Positions 35,999 through 45,189 of a stretch of DNA of 64,000 nt are shown one piece after another. Position 1 is the stretch's first letter; every line of letters begins with the position of its first letter. Both the position numbers and the translations under genes were made by a program. The notes beneath the pieces are model-generated. The model was given only the letters and a program-made list of their open reading frames with translations. It was not told the origin of the DNA and did no database searches. Source of the DNA: a virus. Its lineage: Duplodnaviria > Caudoviricetes. The stretch lies in IMG/VR virus record IMGVR_UViG_3300024259_001623; one strand, given 5' to 3'.

Positions 35999-37218
35999 TA
36001 TTCATTCTCGCATAAAGGTTTATTCTGGAACATCCACTTGGCGACCTTAACAGCATCTTTATCGCCCGTTTCTTTTCCATCATCATCACTCAACTTAACA
36101 ACTTCAATTCCATTAACAGAACGAAGTTTAATAACCATATTCAAAGACTTACTGCCTTCAAAATCATTGGTAAAATTAGTTCCTATACCGAAAGAACATC
36201 TAATACCAATTTCTTTGCAGTAATGTTCTATTTCAATTGCTTTATCTGGATTCAATCCATCGCTGAAAATAATAACCTTACTCATAGGATCAATATTATT
36301 TTTCTTATAATGATAAACTATTTTATCAGCAAATTTAAAAGGATCACCGCTATCATGCCTAACGCCGTCATACAGTTTAGATAGCCTTAGATTGAAGTTT
36401 CCCAAAAACGCATCGGTACCAAAAGTATCAGTCAATGCAATACCAAGATCAGCATTATAAACTCTAACCCAATTTTGCAAAGCAAAATAGTTTGCATTTC
36501 TTAATCCTTCAAGAGCAGAACATCCCATGAACCATTCATGTGCCATCGTCCCGATAGGCTTAATACCATACTTTCTAGCAAAATAAACATTGCTTGTTCC
36601 CATAAATCTCTTGTTCCATTGGGTTAATCCCTGAGCATAAATAGCTTCATTAATAAAATTATCATGGAAATAATGACTTCTTCTTCGCCTAGTCCCAAAG
36701 TCAGCAAAAGTAACATTATTCTGTACTAACTTAGATACTTTTGCGTTAGCCTTGCGGCAGAAATCTGTATAATCTTTTTCCAAATCAGTTTCTACTGTAT
36801 TAAAGTAAATTTCGCTAATTGCTGCCATCAACGGGACTTCCCATAGAATCGTACTATGCCAAGGTCCGCTGACAGTAATAGACAAATTATTGTCATCATC
36901 AAGATCAATTTCAACCTCATCAGGATTGAACCTATAATCTTTAAGGTACTTAAGATAGGACTTTGTGAAGTAAGGACATGTAGCCTCTAAATATTCATAT
37001 TCACCGCTGGTCAACCTTAACGATGGCAAACCATAATTGATATAAGCTTCTAGCTCTGCCATGAACTTGACATTAAATCTTTGATCGCCTCTATTAGTAA
37101 ATCTGTACGTAACTTCTGCATCAGGGAACAGTTCCAAAACTGCTTGCTGCATTGACAGCTTGTAAGTATCTGTGTCTAATAGACTTACAGCTCTAATAAT
37201 TCTTTCATCGTTTTTCAC
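35998..37218 (-). CDS. pncB: Nicotinate phosphoribosyltransferase
   Basis: [51 protein letters not shown]-x-GK. Confidence 0.95.
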   Translation of the reverse strand: MKNDERIIRAVSLLDTDTYKLSMQQAVLELFPDAEVTYRFTNRGDQRFNVKFMAELEAYINYGLPSLRLTSGEYEYLEATCPYFTKSYLKYLKDYRFNPDEVEIDLDDDNNLSITVSGPWHSTILWEVPLMAAISEIYFNTVETDLEKDYTDFCRKANAKVSKLVQNNVTFADFGTRRRRSHYFHDNFINEAIYAQGLTQWNKRFMGTSNVYFARKYGIKPIGTMAHEWFMGCSALEGLRNANYFALQNWVRVYNADLGIALTDTFGTDAFLGNFNLRLSKLYDGVRHDSGDPFKFADKIVYHYKKNNIDPMSKVIIFSDGLNPDKAIEIEHYCKEIGIRCSFGIGTNFTNDFEGSKSLNMVIKLRSVNGIEVVKLSDDDGKETGDKDAVKVAKWMFQNKPLCENE

Positions 37219-37262
37219 AATATTATTCCTTTTAAATATTTAGAATATTTCTTCTTTAAACT

Positions 37263-37937
37263 CTACAACCTTTCGGTCAACCATCCTTTATGATTTTTTC
37301 TTTCTCCATTTGCAACTTTTATCATATTTGATGGAGTTAAATTATGTTCTTCACAAAAAACAGATAGACCATTTTCTGTTATAAATATATTTCCATCTGG
37401 ATCAGTCACTTTATATTTTTTAATATTTATTTTTCCTTTTGAAGTTTTACTACATTTAATTCTTGTTTCCGGCTTTGTAATTCTTTTTTTTCTAGCAATA
37501 CTTAAATTCTTTTTATGTTTTTTAGAGAACTTCATTCCTTTTCTAGCTTCACTCATTTTTTTACGAGATTCTATTGAACGTTTTTGGCCTCTTCTTTTTT
37601 CAGCAGCTTTTTTTTGTATTTCCGGAGTTAAACCTTTTCCTCCTTCTCCACCGTTTGCTATGTTGCACATTTTAAGACCTTCTTGTCTAAATTTTGCAAT
37701 ATAGAATATTTCTCTGTCATCTACCTCTTTATCATTAAGGTCATTTTCCAAAACTATAAAATCAAAATCTCTACCCTCTTTCCATAATTTTCTTATTTTA
37801 TTTTGTAAATGATATCTACGTTTATAGGATTTAGCATCAGACCTATGATGCCTCATTCTATTATAAGTATTATTAGTTTTTCCAACATAAAAAATTAAAC
37901 GAGTATCAATTTCTATAAGTGCGTATATTGTATGCAT
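37263..37937 (-). CDS. GIY-YIG homing endonuclease with NUMOD3-like repeats
   Basis: TIYAL...FYVGKT...R...H; REIFYI; NIANGGEG. Confidence 0.88.
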   Translation of the reverse strand: MHTIYALIEIDTRLIFYVGKTNNTYNRMRHHRSDAKSYKRRYHLQNKIRKLWKEGRDFDFIVLENDLNDKEVDDREIFYIAKFRQEGLKMCNIANGGEGGKGLTPEIQKKAAEKRRGQKRSIESRKKMSEARKGMKFSKKHKKNLSIARKKRITKPETRIKCSKTSKGKINIKKYKVTDPDGNIFITENGLSVFCEEHNLTPSNMIKVANGERKNHKGWLTERL

Positions 37938-38042
37938 ATTTTTTTAATCCTTATATAAGTTATTATCTAACTTATATATCGAATGTTTTATATGCTTTCC
38001 TTTATTTAAGATTAAAATTTATATAAATCATTGTCCGAAAAT

Positions 38043-38306
38043 TTATTCTTCCTTTTCTGGGTTAGCTAAGAGTAAAATCAAATCTCTAGCGGCTTGTTTA
38101 TCTCCACCACGGGCTTTTTGGGTTAACTCTTTTAATTTTGCGTCATATTCAGAAGTGACATTAGGATAAAAAATTTCCAATTGCTCTATAGCCCACTTCA
38201 CAGCTTGTATCGTTTTATCATCTGTAGAAGGCTTTTCGACAAATGCCTTGAGCAATGTCATGTTCTTATTTTCCATCTCTGCCACCTTATTCAAAAAATG
38301 CTGCAA
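38043..38306 (-). CDS. Hypothetical protein
   Basis: ORF track. Confidence 0.5.
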   Translation of the reverse strand: MQHFLNKVAEMENKNMTLLKAFVEKPSTDDKTIQAVKWAIEQLEIFYPNVTSEYDAKLKELTQKARGGDKQAARDLILLLANPEKEE

Positions 38307-38360
38307 AAAATATTATAATCTTCTTGTGAAGAACCACAATATTCCTTGCAGCATCAGGGA

Positions 38361-38377
38361 AAACCGCATTTTTGCGG
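38361..38377 (-). terminator. Intrinsic terminator
   Basis: CCGCA-AAAA-TGCGG-TTTT. Confidence 0.55.
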
Positions 38378-38379
38378 GA

Positions 38380-38664
38380 TTAAACGACCTTATAAGTCTG
38401 TCCGTTAAGCTTCAACTGTCTGATTCCCGAAACATTGACATTACGGAAGTTCTTCTTCGTCATGTCAAAAACAGTCATCAGTCCAGTTCCCTTGCGACTC
38501 TTCTTAGTTCCCTTAACTCCCTTACTGACTCCAGTTCGGCAGTTCATAGTTCGCAACTCGTTATTGCTTCGCTTGATAAAACTAACGGTCATAAACTTAC
38601 CCTTAGAATTCTGCATCTTTGTTACAGCTTCTTGAACAGTAATCTTCTTGCTTCTCGTACTCAT
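38380..38664 (-). CDS. Small basic SH3/DUF2693-like protein
   Basis: FMTVSFIKR...LRTM...TVFD...FRNVN. Confidence 0.55.
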   Translation of the reverse strand: MSTRSKKITVQEAVTKMQNSKGKFMTVSFIKRSNNELRTMNCRTGVSKGVKGTKKSRKGTGLMTVFDMTKKNFRNVNVSGIRQLKLNGQTYKVV

Positions 38665-38690
38665 CTTTTTCTCCTTGTTAAGATTTTAAT

Positions 38691-39617
38691 TTACCATGTT
38701 TTATATGCGTCTTTAATTATTTCCAAACTTTCTGAACTTCTTAAACCATAATTGGAACAAGACAAATCAACCATTTGTTTTCCATCGCAATAAGAAGACG
38801 GTCCTGCTTTGCATTCTACAGCATCAATATACATCGAAAATTTACCATCTTCTGTATCGAACAAACGATCAGGAATATCCGCCTCAAGTATCTGCTCTTC
38901 ATAAGTATAAGCAAGAACAGTATCTATTGACAATCTAGGAAGCTTTTCGCTTTCCTTGAGTTCTTTACAAATCTTAATCCAATTGTCGTTGTTTTCTGGA
39001 GTATAACTCGATCCTCTACCACTTTCTTTATATCCTAGCAGAGTAACTCCATAATATAGTTCATGGGCTTTTTCCAGTATCTCTTTTAAATCATGCTCCG
39101 AAGCAGAACCCATAACATAATGCAACTGCTTACAGAGTCTTTTACCCCAATAAGGATTGCTCTCGATACCATTGAACACCATGCATGATTCTAAAAGCTC
39201 AATATCTTCAACGCATTTAACTGAAAAAGCAAATGAACCACAGTTTTCTATGATGCCGGGCCATTTTCTAGCGTCCCTCATCCAATCCATAGATTTTGTA
39301 GTAAAATTAGGAACAACTCCTTGTTTCCTAAAAGCTTTCAGAATATCAACAAAATCTGGATGGCTAGTTGGTTCTCCACCACCTATTGCAACTTCAAATA
39401 CTCTCATTTCCTGCAATATATAAGCTATGTTTTCTATTGTATTTAAATCTGCATGACTTCCTTTAGTATCAGAATTCTGATAACAATTATGAACAAGAAT
39501 ATTATTTGCAAAATAATTATGTTCTGGAGTAGTTCCGATATTATAAACTTTACCTTTATAAGGGATCTTTTTAACAGATTTAACTTTTATTATGAACTTC
39601 GCCTTGTTAACTTTCAT
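38691..39617 (-). CDS. Split-intein C-fragment (44 aa) fused to C-terminal part of a radical SAM protein
   Basis: ...VYNI...HNYFANNILVHN/CYQ then AIGGGEPT-x-HPDF, VPNFTT. Confidence 0.9.
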   Translation of the reverse strand: MKVNKAKFIIKVKSVKKIPYKGKVYNIGTTPEHNYFANNILVHNCYQNSDTKGSHADLNTIENIAYILQEMRVFEVAIGGGEPTSHPDFVDILKAFRKQGVVPNFTTKSMDWMRDARKWPGIIENCGSFAFSVKCVEDIELLESCMVFNGIESNPYWGKRLCKQLHYVMGSASEHDLKEILEKAHELYYGVTLLGYKESGRGSSYTPENNDNWIKICKELKESEKLPRLSIDTVLAYTYEEQILEADIPDRLFDTEDGKFSMYIDAVECKAGPSSYCDGKQMVDLSCSNYGLRSSESLEIIKDAYKTW

Positions 39618-39636
39618 CTTTTTAATCCTTCTTTCC

Positions 39637-40596
39637 TTAATGTCTTTGAAAATCTACTTTTTTATGACAACTAACGCAATAAGTAATCCCTATTGCATTT
39701 TTATGTTCTTCTATAATTTGATCATTCACCCGTTCAAACTCTTCATAACTTAACAAATCCATTATTCTTCCATTTAATATCTTTTCTACAATATTTTGAA
39801 AAGTTGGACTTATATGATGAACTTCTAGACGACCTCCAACTGATCCACATTTACAACAGGTAAAATCATCTCTTTCTAAAATAGGTCTTATCCATGCCTT
39901 ATACAACCTAGATCGTATAACTTGACACCTATCCCTATTTCCTTTCCATAGATGATGATTTTTACCCCTGATATAAACAATTTCACCACTTTTAACTCTT
40001 CTTTTAATTGTTGCTTTTACTTTTGCGACTACATCTTTACGCTTCATAGGATTCTTTTCACCCTTCATCTTGTCAGACGCAAAACTAGAAAATTCTTCTG
40101 GAGTCATTCTTGTTACAGGCGTTTTAATTTTTTCATAATCATCGATATTAACTTCTTTTTTCATAAAAGTGGACGCCATCTTTGCCCTGACTTCTTTTCT
40201 CTTCATTGGATTATTTTGTTTCATTCTTTGCGAAGATTTTTTGTTATTTCCTTTTTTACAGATATCACATACATTGATATCAAATTCAGATAAAGTTTTT
40301 GTTTTCTTTTTTACAACTGTTTTTATAAATTTATTACACTTGCGACATTTCAAATCAATATTAATCTCTTTAAAATTATGAATCTTAATGTTTTTACAAT
40401 TACCACATAAAACTTCGTTTCTTTTACCTATGAATTCTTTATTACAATATTTACATTTTTTTGTTTTATTTTTTTTATGATATTGATCATTTCTTTTTTG
40501 TTTTTTACATTTTTCAGAACAATATTTTCCATTAGTTTTGGCAATAAATTGTTTTTTACATTTTCCGCAATATGCTATATGTCCCATAATGAACAC
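39637..40596 (-). CDS. HNH endonuclease between split-intein halves
   Basis: ILERDDFTCCKCG...LEVHH...ITYCVSCHK; NPMKR repeats; N-terminal Zn fingers. Confidence 0.85.
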   Translation of the reverse strand: MFIMGHIAYCGKCKKQFIAKTNGKYCSEKCKKQKRNDQYHKKNKTKKCKYCNKEFIGKRNEVLCGNCKNIKIHNFKEINIDLKCRKCNKFIKTVVKKKTKTLSEFDINVCDICKKGNNKKSSQRMKQNNPMKRKEVRAKMASTFMKKEVNIDDYEKIKTPVTRMTPEEFSSFASDKMKGEKNPMKRKDVVAKVKATIKRRVKSGEIVYIRGKNHHLWKGNRDRCQVIRSRLYKAWIRPILERDDFTCCKCGSVGGRLEVHHISPTFQNIVEKILNGRIMDLLSYEEFERVNDQIIEEHKNAIGITYCVSCHKKVDFQRH

Positions 40597-40650
40597 TCCT
40601 TTAAACGAATATATGTATTTTATACATTCGCTAACTTAAAAAAGTATCCT

Positions 40651-41574
40651 TCAAAATTTTAAAATATGATCATTTTCTTCAATATTTTCTGCTTTTATCC
40701 AGCCACGATTTAAAGTATATACTTCATGATTCGGAGTCAATTTAATTTCTGAGCCATCTTCTGCTTCAATAACTATTAAATCACCTTCATAATCTCTTTC
40801 AAAGATTTGTTCTGTAACTAATTCAACTCTTTTTTCTTCTTTATTATTATATCCATAAACTATATCATTAATCTTGATATCTTTTATAGCAACTTCTCCA
40901 TCTGGAGTTAAGATCATAGTCTCTGGGACTAAACAGAATTCGCAACCCTTGTCGCACCAATTGGTTATCTTCAAATCAACCAATTCAGGCGATGAAGATT
41001 TTGTATATTCTTCTTTAGTATCTTCAAAAGAGAACTTTACTTTCCCGCCAGTTTTTCTATTAAAAATAACCCACCAGATTCCATCTTTTCTTGCGATAAC
41101 ATCATCGTTGTGAAAATCCGTTTCCAATGGAAGTCTAAATGCTTGACCTTGATCAGTTAATGGATGACTCTCATCAGAATTATCATTACCACCTAAGATA
41201 ACCAAATCTTCTCTTAGCATATATTTTTTGAAATCTGCGAAAAATTCCTCATCAAAATAATCGCCTTTCCAATTAGTAGGAAGAGCTAAAACACTTTGAT
41301 GGTCAATATAAGCAGTTGTCGATTCGATATCAAGACCTGTAACTTCCTTTACAACCAATCTGGCGACTTTATCATTAAAAATATCTCTTAAATTATTGAA
41401 TAACGTAAGAGACAGATAATCTCCTTTAGATTCTTCAGAAGCAGCAGTAAAAAATCCCCATCCGAAATCTCCATCCGTAGCCATGTGATCGTCAGATATT
41501 CCATCTAAGAAAATCAACGAATGACTTGAGCTACTGTTAGTCGCTAAACCCAATCTTACTTTTGCTATATTCAT
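40651..41574 (-). CDS. N-terminal part of radical SAM protein fused to split-intein N-fragment (94 aa)
   Basis: ATNSSSSHS domain; ...ITNWCDKGCEF/CLVPETMILTPDG...LTPNH (intein blocks A and B). Confidence 0.9.
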   Translation of the reverse strand: MNIAKVRLGLATNSSSSHSLIFLDGISDDHMATDGDFGWGFFTAASEESKGDYLSLTLFNNLRDIFNDKVARLVVKEVTGLDIESTTAYIDHQSVLALPTNWKGDYFDEEFFADFKKYMLREDLVILGGNDNSDESHPLTDQGQAFRLPLETDFHNDDVIARKDGIWWVIFNRKTGGKVKFSFEDTKEEYTKSSSPELVDLKITNWCDKGCEFCLVPETMILTPDGEVAIKDIKINDIVYGYNNKEEKRVELVTEQIFERDYEGDLIVIEAEDGSEIKLTPNHEVYTLNRGWIKAENIEENDHILKF

Positions 41575-42092
41575 TATTCTACCTTTATATCAACTAAAAA
41601 CAGGTTATTAATCCTGAATGTCGGAGGACCATCAGTAGGATTCCGCCAAACAGCAATATAATTTTCATACGTATCAATTTCAAACTTAGAGAACAAAGAA
41701 TTAAACGGCAAATACTTCAAACATGTCTCTCCGATCAAAATCGGTTTATTTAACGTTATTTTAGTCCCTTCAATTAAAACATCACTTTTGTCTACATGGC
41801 AACATTTCAAAAATGAAGATAATTGGACTTTTCCTTGTTCTCTATAGATTTGTGTATGCCGTTTCTTTGGTACAGAAACTTCATTAGAATCGTCAGACGA
41901 ATCAGAGGACTCATCTTCATCTTTTTCATCTTTTTCATCTTCATAAGAAACATATTCGCAGATATAGAAATTACCGTCTTGTCTTTTAACGGAATTTTTT
42001 CTTTGCCTTCCTCTGCCTTTAGATTCTCGTCTTAATTCGTTTTCGTTTTGATCAACCCAAATGTATTCTGCCATCGTTCTTCCTTTCGTCAT
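41574..42092 (-). CDS. Hypothetical protein
   Basis: ORF track; acidic linker. Confidence 0.6.
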   Translation of the reverse strand: MTKGRTMAEYIWVDQNENELRRESKGRGRQRKNSVKRQDGNFYICEYVSYEDEKDEKDEDESSDSSDDSNEVSVPKKRHTQIYREQGKVQLSSFLKCCHVDKSDVLIEGTKITLNKPILIGETCLKYLPFNSLFSKFEIDTYENYIAVWRNPTDGPPTFRINNLFLVDIKVE

Positions 42093-42141
42093 AATTATCC
42101 GTAGATAAGAAATTTTTTGAATCTGTTCAGGGAAAATGCAG

Positions 42142-42177
42142 ACAACCCCCCGCTTTATTTCTAAAACGGGGGATTGT
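42142..42177 (-). terminator. GC-rich terminator hairpin
   Basis: ACAATCCCCCG / CGGGGGGTTGT. Confidence 0.65.
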
Positions 42178-42218
42178 TACTTTCCTAAACTTAATTCTTT
42201 TCTTCGTTTGTTACGGCT

Positions 42219-42785
42219 TTAGATATCTAGCGATGTGACTTTGTTTCCTGCTACTTCTGCTACCGAACCGCTTGTTTCTTCTTTAGCAGTATTAAGACCC
42301 AAAAGTCTGTCTTTCATCTCTTCCAAAGTAGGCAACTCTGCTACTTGATCAGCCAGCTTATTCCAAATATCCGTAGGAATAGGCTTGTCAACAACCTTAA
42401 CGCCTTCGGCATTGTATTCTGTATTCAAACCAGAACCAGTCGAAGTCAACTTAACGAAGCTTAACATATTAAGATTACTAACGGTCTTTTGGACGCTTGC
42501 GATGCCCTTTGCAGCCATCTGACCACAGTTACAGACCTTTACCTTCTTTGTTCCTTCATCATCAATGAAAAGTCCATAAAACAAATAACTTGTTCTAGCC
42601 TTTTCACCTGCTACTGGAGGGCGACTTCTGTTCAGTTCGCTGTCAAATACATTTGCATAAGCAACGATTTCGTTGGAGGGGAGAAAAGTTTGAGGAAGGT
42701 TTTTCGCGCTCAAGAAAACTAAATCATCGTTATTTCCCGAACTCTTTTGATCACCGATACTGTTCCAATCTACTGTTGATGACAT
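42219..42785 (-). CDS. Hypothetical protein, possible gp32-like ssDNA-binding protein
   Basis: KLTSTGSGLNTEY resembles the G-x-G-x-x-T-x-Y motif of phage SSBs; weak. Confidence 0.45.
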   Translation of the reverse strand: MSSTVDWNSIGDQKSSGNNDDLVFLSAKNLPQTFLPSNEIVAYANVFDSELNRSRPPVAGEKARTSYLFYGLFIDDEGTKKVKVCNCGQMAAKGIASVQKTVSNLNMLSFVKLTSTGSGLNTEYNAEGVKVVDKPIPTDIWNKLADQVAELPTLEEMKDRLLGLNTAKEETSGSVAEVAGNKVTSLDI

Positions 42786-42930
42786 TTTTGACTCCTATGG
42801 GTATTATACCCGATTAATGGAATTGGCCGTATGCCTTTTCCTAGCGTCTTATGGCTTTATGACTGCTATAAAACAATGTCCTTAGCCATAATACTACTTC
42901 GTCAAAAATGCACTTTCTCCTTTAACTTTT

Positions 42931-43350
42931 TTACTTTTCTGAATATTTTTTTATTAAATCACAAATATTATTTCGTACCTCGCATATATCAATTATACCA
43001 TTAATGATATTTAGTTGTTTAGTATCTAAAGTAGTTATGACCAAAAACTGATGAAGAAATTGTGATTGTGCGTATTGTTCATTTTTTGAATCTAATTTCA
43101 TCAAATATTGAACCCTGGCTTGAGGATCAAATAATATAAGTTTTTCTCTTAAATAATTAGTTGCGAATGCTAAATCCGCACCAAATCTCATTGTAATAAA
43201 ATATAACATATTATGCCTCCTTCTTTTCGAAGAATCTTGCTCCTTTACCGCAAAATCCCATAACTCGACATTTAAAATATCCGCCCTGTCTTTGAAGAAC
43301 ACAATTTTTAAACGTAAGTTCTCCACCAGTTGTAGAGTCTGGTCTACCAC
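42931..43350 (-). CDS. Hypothetical protein (true start probably near 43209)
   Basis: ORF track; 5' part overlaps next gene. Confidence 0.5.
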   Translation of the reverse strand: MVDQTLQLVENLRLKIVFFKDRADILNVELWDFAVKEQDSSKRRRHNMLYFITMRFGADLAFATNYLREKLILFDPQARVQYLMKLDSKNEQYAQSQFLHQFLVITTLDTKQLNIINGIIDICEVRNNICDLIKKYSEK

Positions 43351-43423
43351 ATTCCAAACCTAAACTCTTAAAACGAGGATCAGATTCGGAATGTTGACAT
43401 TCTGTACATAATTTCTTGCTCAT
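43211..43423 (-). CDS. Small Cys-rich protein
   Basis: GGAG RBS; CTEC, CGKGARFFE. Confidence 0.55.
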   Translation of the reverse strand: MSKKLCTECQHSESDPRFKSLGLECGRPDSTTGGELTFKNCVLQRQGGYFKCRVMGFCGKGARFFEKKEA

Positions 43424-43435
43424 CTTAGTTCTCCT

Positions 43436-44053
43436 TTAATAACCTCTATACAATCTATTTTTATTAATATAATCAAAAACTTTTTCATCTAAAAGACGCA
43501 AAATATTATCATTACCATGAATTTTTTCTCTTACTTCTGTAGAAGATACTTCCATAATTGGAGTTTTATCTCCCTCATCATTTAAAAAGATGTGCGGAGG
43601 CTTCAAAAACCAATTTACTCCTGGCTTCATCTCTATTCCCTTCCTTGGAATAACAACAAATCTGATCATTTTCTCAAGATATTCATAATTTACCCATTTA
43701 TCAAAATTGTTAGCATTGTCCTGTCCGATTATAAAAGAAAAATCAAACTTATGCTTTGCCCAATCTTCATTTTGCAACCTTTTGACTAAATTATATGTCT
43801 CCCCGCTAAGACAATTTACTATTTCATAATCAGATACTTTAATCCTACCATCAACCTGAGCAGCTAACTTACACATCTCCACTCTTTTATCAGGAGAAAC
43901 CATTGACTTGCCGTACATGTGTTCATAGGCAGGCATCAACCAAACTTGTTGAGTAATTTTCTTATTAAGAATATATTTTGCAACATCTATATGTCCTTTA
44001 GTAACAGGGTTAAAAGCCCCTCCTAATAATCCTATTTTAATCTTTTTTCTCAT
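43436..44053 (-). CDS. nadD: Nicotinate-nucleotide adenylyltransferase
   Basis: IGLLGGAFNPVTKGH (HIGH-like), R-x-x-M, IIGQDN, VSSTEVR, V-x-x-YI...LY. Confidence 0.9.
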   Translation of the reverse strand: MRKKIKIGLLGGAFNPVTKGHIDVAKYILNKKITQQVWLMPAYEHMYGKSMVSPDKRVEMCKLAAQVDGRIKVSDYEIVNCLSGETYNLVKRLQNEDWAKHKFDFSFIIGQDNANNFDKWVNYEYLEKMIRFVVIPRKGIEMKPGVNWFLKPPHIFLNDEGDKTPIMEVSSTEVREKIHGNDNILRLLDEKVFDYINKNRLYRGY

Positions 44054-44777
44054 GTTTCCCTAAATTAGACTCACTAATTTTCCTTTTCCATTCAGATGAG
44101 ATTTCTCTACCTTTTAATTTTTCACTAATTTTTAAACGAGTTTCTTTTGTTTGTTTTTTTCCTAAACGAGATTTGCCTATTTTAGCTTTGTGTTCTTCTG
44201 ATAATTGCCTGCCTTTTAATGACTGACTTATTTTCTCTTTAGTAGAAGAATTTAATTTTCTTCCTTTCAAAGATTTAGATATTTTATCTTTCCATTCCTG
44301 AGTTATTATCCTACCCTTCAATGCTTCGCTTCTTTTTTCTAAAGTTTCTGGACTAATTATTCTACCGATTTGCCTTTCTCTATTTTGTTTTTTAAATTCT
44401 TCTGATCTTTTTAGCCCCTTAGTTGCTTTACTAATTTTATCCCTGATTTCTTCTTTCAAAGGATGATTAGTAAAATTATCTCCTCCATTTCCACCTTCTG
44501 AGATATTATAACCATTTTTTATTGTATCTAACTGCTTTATATAAAATTTTTCTTGAGTATTTAAATTTACTTCATTTTTGATACCATCTTCTATGATTTC
44601 CCAAGAAAATTTATCAAAACCATATTTTCTTATAGCATTATAAAATTTACTTTTATATCCACGTCCATTATTTTCCGCATTCCATTTGTGTTCATATTTA
44701 CGTTTATCAAGGGATTTTGCACATTTACCAATATAAATTTTATTATTAATAACGTTCGTTGCCTTATAAATAAACAT
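44037..44777 (-). CDS. GIY-YIG homing endonuclease with NUMOD3 repeats
   Basis: FIYKATN...IYIGK...R...H; GYNI; repeated K-I-S-x-S-L-K-G-R. Confidence 0.9.
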   Translation of the reverse strand: MFIYKATNVINNKIYIGKCAKSLDKRKYEHKWNAENNGRGYKSKFYNAIRKYGFDKFSWEIIEDGIKNEVNLNTQEKFYIKQLDTIKNGYNISEGGNGGDNFTNHPLKEEIRDKISKATKGLKRSEEFKKQNRERQIGRIISPETLEKRSEALKGRIITQEWKDKISKSLKGRKLNSSTKEKISQSLKGRQLSEEHKAKIGKSRLGKKQTKETRLKISEKLKGREISSEWKRKISESNLGKHEKKD

Positions 44778-44843
44778 TTTTTCTTCTCCTATATATAAGT
44801 ATGGCTAATATTAGCCTACTAACATATATTCAGAGAAAAGATA

Positions 44844-45119
44844 TTATATCCTCTTATTTTCTTTAGCCTTTTTTTGCCTTATAATATCTGCTACATCCAT
44901 AGCTACAACAATCAAAAACAATATAGGAAGAATAATGCCAATCAATGATGCAGTACCAAGACACGCAGTAGCCATACCAAAAATAAAACACAAACTATGC
45001 AGAACAACATGTCCTACTCTAGTTACATACTCATTTCCAGATAAAATATGCCAAATAGCTACAGCAACATTTATAAGATATAACAGTCCAGCTATAACAC
45101 TGATATATGGTAACATCAT
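44844..45119 (-). CDS. Small membrane protein (about 3 TM)
   Basis: Three hydrophobic segments, basic C-terminus. Confidence 0.6.
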   Translation of the reverse strand: MMLPYISVIAGLLYLINVAVAIWHILSGNEYVTRVGHVVLHSLCFIFGMATACLGTASLIGIILPILFLIVVAMDVADIIRQKKAKENKRI

Positions 45120-45132
45120 TTCTCCTATTTTT

Positions 45133-45177
45133 AAAAAAACGGGTTACAGATTCGTTAAAACCCATAACCCGTTTTTT
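45133..45177. terminator. Bidirectional terminator
   Basis: AAAAAACGGGTTA ... TAACCCGTTTTTT. Confidence 0.75.
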
Positions 45178-45189
45178 ATCAACTAGTTA

